This document shows positions 9,330-21,875 of a stretch of DNA of 54,071 bases, one piece after another (position 1 is the stretch's first letter; each line of letters starts with the position of its first letter). Origin of the DNA: Chromera velia (taxonomy: Eukaryota); contig JAHBMJ010000196.1 in the NCBI GenBank assembly GCA_018398765.1, forward strand, positions 1 to 54,071, in the 5' to 3' direction. Under the pieces are notes generated by a model. That model was given only the letters and a program-made list of their open reading frames with translations, was not told the DNA's origin and made no database searches. Made by a program: the position numbers and the translations under genes.

Positions 9330-12300
9330 TCACTCAGGAGACGGCGACATCCCTGGATTGGAGGGTGGGGGGAGCTGCACACACACACACACACTCAGGC
9401 ACAGACAGACAGATGACATAAGCAAACGTGTAAATTCTTCTGGTGATCTAACACACGCACGGAGCGAAGACCGGAAACATATGCACAAATGACAGCCGTC
9501 TGATCGACCAACAGACTTTCCTTCTCTCTCTCTCTCTCTCTTTGCCACCTTCCTTTACATCCTCCAGAGAAGACGCCGGATTGAGTGAGACGCAGAAAGA
9601 AGCGCACAGAAGATCAGACACACACAGAAGAGAATCAATCGTTCTGTACAAAGAGAAAGGCAGCAAGCAGACCAGAGACAGAAAAAAGAGGAACTCACCG
9701 CCATGTGCCGATGCCCTCCGCCCCCGTACCCCCTGCCCCCCCCCCCCCCCCCTCCCATGAGGCCCCGCTGATGGTCCACATCCCCCCCGTGAGGCATTCC
9801 CCCGTGAGGCCCGGGACCAGGTCCGGGCACTCCCCTCATGCCCTCATGCCCATGCAGCCCCGCATCATCACCCCCCATGTCACCCCCATACATACCCCCC
9901 CCTCCCATCAACAGCCCCTGGTGCTGCATCGGCAGCAGCCCCCCCCCCGGCCCCCCCGGCTGTTGCTGCTGTTGCCCTGGCCCCCCGCCTCCAGGTCGAC
10001 CGGGCGGATGGTGGCCCGGTTGGAGCGGCATTTGGTTGCGTGACACGAACTGCATGCATGGGAGGGAGGGAGGCACAAATGGAAAGGATATAAAGGGGCG
10101 TTTGGCGTGCTTGGGCAATTAAGATAACCTAGAGACTCACGCGAGAGTTCGCATGAAATGTGCGAATCCTGACAGCCTCATTGTCGACTCATGCGTCTCT
10201 GCACCTTCCCGGAAAGAAGGTCGAAGCTAGCTGATGTAGTGTCAAAACAAAAGAGAAAAACAGAAAAGAAAAAAAACACTCCAGGGATCCAACACATGAC
10301 GGAAAGGAAAAGCATGGAGACAGCCAGCGAGACCATCCACCGATTTACTGGAGCACTCTCGAAGAATCCACGGCCCCCTTTCCTGAGGAAAAAAAAATGT
10401 TACACAAGAAGTGCTCACCCCGTGACCTCCCATGAACTGCTGTTGTTGCTGCTGCTGCAACATCCCCTTCGGGTCTCCCTGAAGTCCAACTCCCCCTTGT
10501 TGTCCTCCCTGCAAGAAGAACTGCTGTTGCTGTCCTCCCTGCGGCCCTCCCTGATGCCCCTGCTGGTGGGGCAGGGGGCCGCCCTGACCCGCGAAGTGCC
10601 CGCCGAGGCTCTGCAACACCGCCAGATTCGTTTGAGGGTTCCCTTGGAACAGTCCCAAATTATGCAGTTGCTGCTGCTGTTGGGGCGTCAAGGGGGGCTG
10701 TCCTTGCAAATGTTGTTGCAACGCTTGGGGCAATCCCCCTCCCCCCTGCTGTGCTGCCAGCAGAGCAGCATGAGTCTGTGGTTGACCCTGGAGGTTGAAC
10801 GGCTGGTGCTGCTGCGGCATACGCTGCTGCTGTTGGTTGGGCGGCTGCTGAGGGAGCCCGCCTTGCCCCTGCGGTCCTCCCGGGTGTCCTCCGTCCTCTG
10901 GGCCCGGCTGGTTGCCGATCAAATTTGCCAACTGCAAAGTGGCAGGGAATGCCCCTCCTCCCTCCGGACCTGCCCCCCCCGGCTGCTGTTGCTGCTGCTG
11001 TTGGGGAAGAGGAATAGACCCCCTTGGCCCTCCTGGCTGCTGCTGTGCAGGTGACTGTTGCTGGGAAGTGGCAGGCCCTCCCGCTCCCTGAGGCCTGTTG
11101 CCCGCGTTCTGCTGCACAAATATCCCCCACAGAGGGAGAGAGAGAGAAGGAACGGACCAAAGAATGAAGGAGAAGGAGGGAAAAAAAGGTGATTTATTTG
11201 CGTTGCGTCTTCTGTGCCAACGAGAGGAAGGGAAGGGAGAACGTGGGGGCAGCAGCATCAAGCAAGAGACTAAACAGAGAGGAGGGAAGGAAGCACGGGC
11301 GGGGGAAGGAAGGGGTCTGCCTACTCAGAAGAGAACAGAACAGAATGACACCAAGGAAACCGCTAGTTTTGTTCTCTAGAGTCCTTTCGATTCGTCCTCG
11401 TCACACACTCGCGTCTTCAAAGAAGAAAAAAAATGAGCACGCAGTCGGCCAGAAGAAACGACAGATAATATTGCCAGAAAGACGGTGAGTGTCACAATAG
11501 CATTCGTACAGATGGGTGCCATCTTTCATTCACTCACCCGTCCTCTCTCATTCTCTCCTTGTCCTTGGCCGCCGCCCTCACCCTCTCCATGCTGAGTCTG
11601 CGCACCCCCTGCCTGCTGCCCTTGTCCCTGAACCCCTGCCACTTGGGCAGCACCCTGTTGCTGCTGTTGGTGCTGCATCTGTCCTAGCATCATCTGAGCC
11701 TGACTGAGCAGCTCAGGAGAGATCCCGCTGGCCGCTGCCGGATTCGGTGTTTGGGGGTTCTGCAGCTGTAGAAAGGGGGCAGCGCCTGGAGTCAGGTAGA
11801 GCGGCGGCTGTCCCCCACCCTCTGTTCCCCCCTGCTGCTGGGCCTGTGCGAGGATGGCAGCGTGTATGTGTGCGGGGTCAATGCCGCCGTGTGCCTGGGG
11901 TCCTCCTGGACCTGCCTGGTCTCCCTGGCCGTCGCTCTCTTGACCCTTTGGGGGGTTGAAAGGAAAGGAAAGGGAAAGACACACACACACACACACACAC
12001 AGGGAAAGGGGGGAGGAAGAATTAATGTAGGACACAAATGAACAAATCCACAGGTGAACTCCGAACCAGACACTTGAACGAATGAGAGAAAAAGGCAAAG
12101 GAAGAGAAACGAGAAAGTGAAAAGAAAAAGAGAGCAACGGGTCTGGGATTGCAAGCAAAAACAAGTGCCTGCAAGAGGGGGGAAAGACTTACCGGAAGGT
12201 TCATTTGCCCCTGCGCGAGTCCTTGAGCGGCTGCCTGGATGGCGTGAAATTGCAAAAGTTGCTGTTGGGGAGTCAAGTTAGGCTGGATGACCAGGTGCTG

Positions 12301-13176
12301 GAGCTGTGCCAGGGTGATCGGTTGCGTCGTGGGGACCTGCAGTGCCGCTGCAGCGAGCTGAGGGTACGCCTGTCCATACGCTTGTGCCTGTTGGATCTGC
12401 TGCTGCAGATGTTGGAAGGTGGGCTGCAAGAGCATGGGGTTGTACACCTGGTGCTGGTGGTTGGGGGGGAAGTTCTGCTGAGGGTGGAGTGGAGTGTCGG
12501 TCTGCTGCTGACCCTGGTTTGGACCTGCCTGGCCTTGGGCTGATGGCTGCCCCTGCTGCTGTTGCTGCTGCCCCTGATGGCCTTCGGGGGCGCTGCTTCC
12601 CTGCTGCTGCTGCTGCTGCTGCACGCCGGGGACGTTGGGCGACGCTTGGGGGGGAGAGTGTGGTATTGATTGGGGGGCTTGCTGCTGCTGCTGTTGCTGA
12701 AGTTGGAGAGCCTGCAAGGAGAGGAAGGAAGAGAGACAGAAGGGTCACGTCAGGAAGACAAACAGAAACACAACAAACAAGGAGAATCAGAGGAGAAAGA
12801 GAGGCGCGTCCACTGACGGAGACACGGGCTTCTATGACGAGCGCACCCTCCGTTAAATAGATACACATGAGTCTTTTGTTTGTTTGAAAGGTCTTCATTC
12901 ACTTCCTCATGCTCTGACCGACCCCAAAGAGCTGTTGGATTTGGAGGGGCGTCACCATGCCCGCCTGCCCCCCGGCCAGAATCGGAGCGTAAGGAGAGTA
13001 CAGGTGCCCCCCGAGCTGCCCTGCAAGCTGCTGGCCGACCGGAAGCCCTGCCGCCATCGCTGCCTGCGCCTGCTGAATCTGGAAGGGCAGGCTTCCAACT
13101 CCGCCATGGGCCGGGAAGTCTGCATCCATTCATTTCGTTCGACACCATACGAGGGGGACGAGGACACAGACACACA

Positions 13177-13211
<35 letters not shown>

Positions 13212-16200
13212 CGAGAAAGAGACAGAAATATTGTAAGCGAGATGCATATATTGAAGCACACAAACTTTCCCAACACCAGTGAATCCAGTCAACGATCATG
13301 AGAGACAGACAAACTGAGGAAGGGAGGTCTGCCAGATAGAAGGAAGTCCGCGAAATCCTTCAACAAGGCAAGGAGTCTGTCTCTCCTTCAAAAATTGTGC
13401 TCCTTCCTTCCTTCCTTCACGATCAATCGAATCAATCCGGTGGGGGGGAGAGAGAGAGAGAGAGAAACTAGATCGGGGGAAAGAAGAAAATGAGGGACAG
13501 GGGAGGGGAGGGACTCACTTGCTTGCTGTACGTGGGGAGGTGCGACCCCAAAGGTTTTCGAGTATTCGACCCCCACTGCGGTAGGCCACTTCCAGGGAGC
13601 ATCGGGATCTCCGTCGTCCCTCTGTCCTCCTGCCTTTCCGTCCTTTCCATTCGCTGCCTTATTTCCCTTCCCCCCCACACTCTGAACGTTGCCCACCGGT
13701 TTCTTCAGCTTAGCCAACCCCTCATCGAGAACAGAAGATATATTTTTTTGGACGAGCTCGGCCTTCTCCTGCACGTACGCAGAGAGAGGAGGGACGGGAG
13801 GGACGTGAAAGAAAAGAGTCCAAGAAAGACATGTGGAAGGGTAAACGAAAAGCAGGAAAGAGAGAGAACGACAGACAAAAGATTGGGAAGAGATCCGAAT
13901 TCGAGAAAAGCATAGAAGGAAAAAAAAAACAGTGAAGATGACAAGAAGATGAGAAAAACTTCCCCCACCCAAACAGAGGTCAAGCAGAAAGGGGATCAAA
14001 AGAAGGAGGGAGAAGGAGAAGCGAGACTGCATGCATGCCAATTTGCTGACTGACCACGAGAGGTTGAATCGGTCTTTTTTCCTCCCCCCCCGCCGGTGCA
14101 CCCCCTGCTTGTCCTTGTCCTGCCGTTCTTCCGTCCCCCCCCTGTGCCCCCCCTACCCTGTTTCTGTCCTGCTGCCTCTGTTGCTGTTGCTGCTTTTGCT
14201 GCTCTTGCTCAAGTTGCATAGCTGCTGCCTGAAGGTTCGCTGTAGTCAGGTCTGGCCCCCGGGTTTCTCCCGACTTCCCCCCTGTTGGGGCGCCGGCACC
14301 GTTGGCTCCTCCCTGAAGGTGCGCAGCGGCCTGAAAACACCACACACGCACGGCACTCACACACGCACACACACGCACATTACACATACAGATAGAGAGA
14401 GCGAGATAGAAAGGGGGAGAGTAGAAAAACATGTCACAGGACGAAAAATGCGGAAGAATTGACACGAGACGTCGCAGCATAAAACGAGCTGAGGGACTCG
14501 AAAAAATGAAACTCTGAAGAAAATCTCCCACCTCTTACAGCCCCGTCTTACATGCGTCTCTCAGGGTTACAGATTCCTTGTTCTTCTTTCCTTTTTGTTT
14601 GCGAATGGGGAGACGACAAGTCCAGGAGAAGCAAAAAAGATGAACAGAGGTTGAGAAAGAAGCAAAGCAAATGAAGAAAAAAGACAACCACCAGAGAACA
14701 AAAGCGCGTCCCCCCCCTCCGAACAAGAGAAAAGATGCAAAGCGGACGGAACAGGCAGCTGAATGCAAGCAAAAGGAGGACAGAGAGACAGCCGACAGAC
14801 CTGCATTGCAAGTCTCACCGCTGGATCGGCAGCTGCAGCTGCTCCAGCGCCGCCCCCCTGGCCGGACGTCTGAGATTGCGACGCCTGGGAACCGCCATTC
14901 CCCCCCTGTCCTCCCTGAATACCCGTGGGGGTAAAGGCGTTCGCGTTTGGATTGAAACTGAAAGCATTCGGGTTCATTGCCCCTCCCTGTTTCAAGCCAT
15001 CCTTATCCTGTTTGTCTCTCTGAACCCCGGGCTGACGGGGAAGATGCATGCCTCCCAACGGTCCGCCGTTTCCCGCAACACCCACTTGTTGTTGCAGTTG
15101 CTGCTGCTGGGCAGGCAGGCCGAGAGGACGAGGGCCTGCAGGTCCTCCAGGCCCCGCGTGGCTGGACGCTGCAGCTGCCGCTCCCTGTGCTCCGGCTGCT
15201 GCTCCTACCTTCTGCTGATCTTTCAGAAGAGGGGGGGCGCCAGGAGAGTCTGCGGCCTTCGATGCCTTTTTCGGCGTAACGGTGCCAGAGCTGCATCGAT
15301 CAAACAAGTACGAAGGGGAAGCAAGGCAAATCAGTGGACCCCATATCTGACAGTCATTGAAAGTTGTAAAGTGCAGAGGGGTCATGCAAAGGAAGAAAGG
15401 CGAGACGAGACATGGGAGACCAAAAAGGAAAGAACGGACGACAAACAAAAAATGAGAAGCGTAAGCAAGCAGGTAGAGAAACCAGCCCGTGAATTAAGGT
15501 CATCATGTGAGACGGGAAAGCAAAGAGACGCCTGTTTACCAACAGGCAGACGAAAAATGGGACACGAAAAACAGAGAAAGAAAAAGGGGAACACCGCGAC
15601 TGAGACAGGGACGACCGACCTAAGCAATTGAGAGATTCTCTCGAGTGACTGCTTAAACTCTTCCTTCTCGTTTTTCCTGTCGCTCTGGTCGCTTCTCGTT
15701 TGCTTCTTCCCCGTTTGCGTCATCTTGAAGTTGATCCATTGATTCCTCATGTGGTCGTCCAACTTCGGCAACGCAGGCTCGAGGCAGAGAGCGTTCAACC
15801 CCTGCATGGCATGCCATGGGTGGCAGGCACAGCATGACGACAAACTATGCAGGCAGGCAGGCAGGCAGGCAGGCAGCAGACGGTCAAAAACGCCGAGCCA
15901 GGCAGGCAGGCAGGCAGGCAGCAGACGGCCAAAAACGCCGAGCCAGGCAGGCAGGCAGGCATGAATCAGGGAACGCATAAAAAACGCGTCAGTCAGTGAG
16001 TGAGTGAGTGAGTGAAGACTCCCTCCCTCCCTCCCACAGAAACAAACGAGAGGGAGATGATAGATGCGATGCAACAGAGAGACGGAGAAAGTGACGAGAA
16101 AGAAGAAAACCGTCACGGTGCAAAAACGTAGGATGGAGCATGGAAGAGCGGGAAACGAGAGGTAGATGGGCAAAAGTGGCGCGCGCGCGCGCGCACACAC

Positions 16201-19200
16201 ACACACACACACACAAGCGCGCGCCGAGACATACATACACTGAAGGACAGATACGTTGAGTGCTGTGTCCTCTGGATGTTTCACTTCCTTTCTACTCACA
16301 GTCATGCCGGGGCCCGCCCTTGAAGGTCTCTCGTCTTTCTTCTCGCCGGGCATTAAGGGAAGAACCCCAGTCTTGCCATCGCTGCGGCCCCCGGTCTGCC
16401 CTTTTGTACGACGTCCGTCTGCACTCTCTCTCTCACACACACACACACTCACACACACTCACACACGTACAGGTAGACATACTTGCCTGCCTACAACCCC
16501 TACCCAGCCATGCACACACACATACAAGCACAATCACGAACGTACGTGCAAACACAAAAGGGAGACAACTGAAAGGAGAGGAAAAAGTGAGGATTTCTGC
16601 ATAGAGGCCGACAACTAAGAACCGATTGACTGACCATCCATCATTTCAAGTCCTGCAGAGACGGAGAGCATGTCAGGCCCCCCCACAAGAGGCCTTCCAG
16701 AACTGTCAAGGCCCATTCCAGCAGACGGATGGGGAGGGGGCTGCAGAGAGGGAGAGAGACACAACGGAATGCCTGGATGGTACAGGAGAGGGAGGGAGGG
16801 ACCCCGGGAGGAACAGAGAGGGAAGAGAGAGGACTTTATGAAATGCTCTCCTCGTAATTGATTGTATCTATCGTGTTTTCTTTGCGACTGGGACCTTTTT
16901 CTTCTTTGCTGCCGGCCTTGGGATGAAGTCAGCGAGCTGTCTGAGTCCGTATCACAAACATAGTCCAGAATGATATCAAGCTGAGCAGAACAAGGGAATA
17001 CCAGAACAGGAGAACCAAAGCACTTCCTGAACGAACACCCAATTTTAACGACGGTGTATGACGATGGAAAAGAAAAGGATCAGCCGATTCTTCTCCCTCC
17101 TGCAATCAATCAATCGGTGGACCCACCCACCTACCTTTGCAGGTCCCCCCTTTTTCCCTTTGTCTCCCTGTCCACGGGGGCTGTCCCCCGTTCCCGTTCC
17201 CCCGCCCCCCTGTTGTTTGAAATTCCCCCCCCCTCTTCCACCAGCTTCTCCCTTCAAGTTGTCTTTCTTGTACCCTCCTGTGCCGTCCACAGCTCCGAAC
17301 AAACGCTCCTCGTCTTGCTGCAAAGAGAGAGAATGCGAAAGAACACAAAACAGTCGAGGAAAGCAACAAAGCACCGAGGCAAGCAAGAAGCAGAACAGAA
17401 AAAAATTCAGACATGCGGAAGAGCTCCTTCTTCTTTTCCCCACAGACACGAAGACGGGGGACTGTCACACACAAAACAGAAGCGCACCCAAACGTGGACG
17501 CTCAAAAGACACAGATATGTGGTGCTGCACCTTCGATGAACCTCTCTCAGTCCCTCACACGCAAGTTCTCTCACACGCAAGTTGAGGACTATCTCCGCTC
17601 TTTTGACTCAAGATGTGCAACGAATTGCATCCATAGAGGCAAGCGGAAAAAGATGAGGCGGGTGAAGTTGAAAGCCAGGTAAGAAAACGAAAAAGAACAA
17701 ACACGTGCACTCACATCATCCTTGCCCTCTAAGTTCTCTGCGTCATAGTTTCCCCCCTGCAAACCCAAACACGCAAAAGCAGGTGACCAGAAAAAGGTGA
17801 AAATCTTCGAAGGATAACATGCAGAGAAAGCCACAAGCACGCTGAAATGTGACAGATCCTGCAGTCAAGCACCGATCCGTAGAAGGAAAAAAATCGAGGA
17901 TAAAAGGAAAAAGACAGATCACGTATCGGACAAGAGGAAAGGAAGAGAAAGGGAAGAAACCTGCCGTACGGAACGGAAAAATTGTTCGGTAATCTCTCTG
18001 TGTGTTCGTTCGTACGTCTCGATCTCTGTCAGACTCCCTGTCGATATTCTCAAAGAGATCCGTCTCTCTCTCTCTGTGTCTGCGGCCAGGCCTCACGCCT
18101 TCCCTTCCCTCCATTCCAATCGGAATAAAGAGACCCCCCCCCTGTTCTCATGCCCCCACAACCCGAACACCATTGAAAGCGAGAAAAGGGAAGATCATGT
18201 CACAAAGCACGAGTAGCTTCAACAGCAGCCTTTCCAGCTTGTCCTTGCGGTTAAAATTTTCAGCTGACTGACTGACAGAATCTTCGATTTCTCTTGCAAT
18301 CCGCTCTGCCCTTCTCTTGTACTCGTCCGGAATCGCCTCTCTATTCAGAGCTGTCGTGTACAGTTCTTCGTGGTACGTGGAGGACACTTTGAACTTGTCC
18401 TGATTAACCCTGTAGGCAGGCAGGCAGGAAGGAAGGAAGGAAACAGACAAGCAGAGAAGACGGTAAGGGAGATAAACAAAAGGCTCTCCTCGTCTCCCAT
18501 CAACAGAAAAAACACTGCATGGGGCCTTTCCAAACACATGCAGCGGACCCCAGAGGGGGGGGGTGGAAGCGAGAGGGAAAGCGAGGGTAGAGACAAAGAA
18601 AGAAAGAGCGAGGAGGGGGGGGGACGAAAACAGACAGGGCAGAAAGATGCTGTCCCTCAAAGAGATTTTGAAAAGCCAGCTGACTGCTTGCAAAAAACAT
18701 GCACACACAAATTGTCGTTCACTGAATTTCTTTCCCCCCACATGAGGCAAAAAAGGAAAGAAGGAACAAACGACACGCACGTCTGCACTCATGACCGACC
18801 GACTCACGCTCGGATAGATGAGAGAGACTGACGTGAATTGATCAAAAACATGAGCGTTTGCAGCCCCCCCTCCCCTGCCCCCTCCCCTCTGAGCAAGCCC
18901 CCCCCTTTTGGATTCCAAACTCTCAAGGCCTCCAAGCCCCCCGCCATCTTCAAGACCCCCTGCACACACGCACACACACACACACAACATGAACCGTTTG
19001 ACGAAGAAAGACGCGCACCCCTCGCCGGGACAAGAACAAAAAACCGGTGTCCACAGAGAGCACAAACGAGTTGGAGGGAAGGAGAGAGAGGAAAACAGAA
19101 CATCCAGGCAGGCAACCGGTGAGTCAAGAAAAGAAAACAAGGAAGAGAGGAAAGAGCGCACAAACGGTAAGAAGAAGTGCCATTTCATTGCCACACACAT

Positions 19201-20757
19201 TCACACTTACATATGTCTTCGCACACATACGAAGGAACTCACCTCCAGACCCGCCCCAATCTGTAAACTTCACTAGGTCCCTCTCTCCTCCAACTGCAGC
19301 ACCAGTGTAGCACAGACAACAAAGCAAATCAGACAGACAGACAGAAACAAGCGAGGGAGCCTCTTGCCACCGATTTACTTCCCTTGGCCTTTGGCGGAAG
19401 GAAGGCAGGGAGAGAAGCGGGGAAAGGAGGAAAAAAGAGGTGAATGAAGACAGCAAACTCAACCGTGACACGGCATAAACGCAAACATGAGGAGACGGGA
19501 AACCAAACAAACGGAAATCCAAACCAGCCAGCCGCAAAGCCCCCACTGCAAAGCAATCTGTTGGTGTGATCATTCACTCACTGCAGCAAGAGGCCAAAGC
19601 TTTTCTGAAACAGCAACCAACAGACAGACAAGCAGACACAACGACCGACAGGGGGAATTGAAATCAGCATACAGCAGGAACAGCACACCATTCTAGACAC
19701 CATATGGCAAGTTCTTCATACTTGCAGTAGCAAAAGAAGACCGATGAATTCCTCCGAAAAAGCATTGCTTCGGAAGATTCTGCATGGGTGGGTGGACTGA
19801 CGGGGGCCTAGCGTTGATGAGATTTCCGTATCCGTTCTAAAAGCCTCGTTTTTCAGTTTCTTCTTTGCGTCCTCGTGAGCCATGACGTCCACCGGGACGT
19901 TCTTCGCACTCAACGCCACCAAATCCTTGTGCCAAACAATCATGTTCTCCACCACCTCACCAGTCCTTCGACCCTGCATCAGCATACTCATCCATCCATC
20001 CATCCATCCATCCATCCATCCATCCATCCAAGACTTCTTTCTTTTAGTTTGTCGTATGCACGGGCTTCTTCAATCTCTTCCACATATCCGACAGTCCGTC
20101 AAGACAGTCAGCCAGCTCTTGGCCACGCAACAACAGATCGGCAAGCGGGCAAGCAAGCAAGCCATGGTAAGACGAGAAAGTTGCCCTCTTTCAACTTCTA
20201 CTTACGGGTGTGGAAGAAGAAACTAAAGCATTGCTTTCCCCCATAACCGCGCCAAGCCCCACTCTCCCACAACTCTTGTTCTCTTCCTGTCTGCAAGTCC
20301 GACTGACAGTCTCCTCATCTGCAAGTTCTCTTGCAAGTTTTAAGGAAATTGACATCTCGGGATTGCTTGACGACGATCTGCCTGCTTCAAAGCCGGGTGT
20401 GCATGACCAGAAGAGGCCCTCAATCTGGGCACCATTCTTCATCGAGCACACCACTGTCTGACCCTGCAAAGCAAAGAAAAGAAAGGCAGGGGGGCGGTGG
20501 GGGGGAGCCCAGCAGCACGGAAGAGGGATTGGAAGAATGGATGAAGACAAAGACACAGACATACTCCCTGTGGACCGACTCAGGGGAAAGGGGGCAGATT
20601 AGAGGAGGCAAGCAAACAACTCGTTGACCTAGAATTGAAGCAAACGGACACGTTGACTGACCACAAGACTACACATGACATACATGAACCTCTCAGGATT
20701 CACATCTTTGCCGCGATTTGCGGGCACCCTTGCCTGCTTTTCTCCGTCGTTCCTCAT
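9330..20757 (-). CDS. ATXN2: Ataxin-2/Pbp1 homologue (SM-ATX/LSm + LsmAD + PAM2 + Q/P/G-rich C-terminus), ~20 exons
   Basis: Phase-consistent splicing. Exon 1 (20757-20662) MRNDGEK...ERFMYVMCSLV joins exon 2 (20463-20308) GQTVVCSMKNGAQIEGLFWS (LSm). Then FRTDTEIS, GERDLVKFTDW, FDQFTVNQDKFKVSSTYHEELYTT..RRAERIAREIE and DEERLFGAV (LsmAD), LNALCLEPALPKLD, PAM2-like NPNAFSFNPNANAFTP and polyQ exons. Probable last exon LPPPSNPGMSPSPE* ends at 9330. Confidence 0.92.
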
Positions 20758-21875
20758 CTTTCTCTGTCTACGCTGTCCTGCCTCTCAAACAAAGTGGTTG
20801 GACCAGAGAGTCAGTCAGTCACACGGCAAGAAAGAAACGGCCTTCTCTTCCTCAGCTGTTTCAATCTGCTGAATTCCCCTCCTGTTCCCTGCTGTTCGAC
20901 GAAGACTGTATGTCAAACCACTTAGAAGCTGGTCACAATGCGAGAGACCAAAGGAATCAAATATCGGCACTCTTTTGATAGCTTTTCGATTCAGGTTTTG
21001 AATGGACGGCCGCGTATTGTTCCATCAACTTCTTCTTCATTTTTCTTGGTTATGAGTAATGATTGACGCACGAAGGAACGCAGGACAGTATGTCAAGAAA
21101 ATCGTATGCAGCGATCGTCAATCGATCTTTCTCTGCAAGCAGGGGACTCTTCTTCGGTGATCTTCGATTTGAATTGGGCGAACTCTGTGGTCACAGAGAC
21201 AGCTGTGTACTTTTCTGTACTTTCGCGGCAGGTCTCGCGACGCGCGGAAGAGATTTTGGTGGAGGTGTACGTGCGAACCATTGAATTTAATTGGGGGCAC
21301 TTACACAAAGCTCAATTAAATTCAAGTCGAGTTTTGACGAGAAAAAACAACTTTGCTTTTGTTTTTTTCGCAGTTAAATGAAGATATTTGGTTAAAAACT
21401 TGAGTTTGCGAGAAAATTCCTTCGGATCGAAGTTGGGAGTTTGCATGCAGACAACAATTTTGTTAACAACACCTCCCTCACATATCTGACGCACGCAAGC
21501 GTGCGAACGGCCCCGGAAAGCATGTATAAAAGCCTTCATCTGACGCACGCACATCAAAGCACGCGCATCGGGGCACTTCAGGAACCGGTCGGCGCTTTTC
21601 CAGCCCAAGGGGACAGTTCTTTCCGGGGCCTTTTTTTTGACGAAAGCTCCATGCATGCAGCGTGGGCTCAGGGGATTGTTTGGTAAGTGCCCCCCGCTTC
21701 GCTTTCCGGGGCCACATCATCACGCTAGCTCGCTTCTGCACCTCGAATTCTCACTCCAACATACTCCAACGAGCATCCGCTTGTGCATATTCCTGTCTTC
21801 TTGGCGACTTTGCCACCGCTTAGTGGCGCGAAGTCTTGAAAGACGTGTGTAGACGGAGACGGGCATCGTTACACC
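20758..21875. promoter_or_regulatory. Divergent (probably bidirectional) promoter/5'UTR region
   Basis: Head-to-head genes 1.1 kb apart. TGCATGCA at 21442 and 21652. ATCTGACGCACGCA occurs twice (~21484, ~21538). Confidence 0.55.

Noticed and set aside
10191..15631. Long + strand Leu-rich ORFs (10191-11054, 12205-12543, 14735-15631)
   Set aside because: Antisense shadows of CAG-rich ataxin-2 exons.
19582..19604. 23-nt CAG...GTGAGT-bounded micro-exon in an ataxin-2 intron
   Set aside because: Flanking exons already join in frame without it. Inclusion would frameshift, and there is no evidence of use (a poison exon cannot be excluded).
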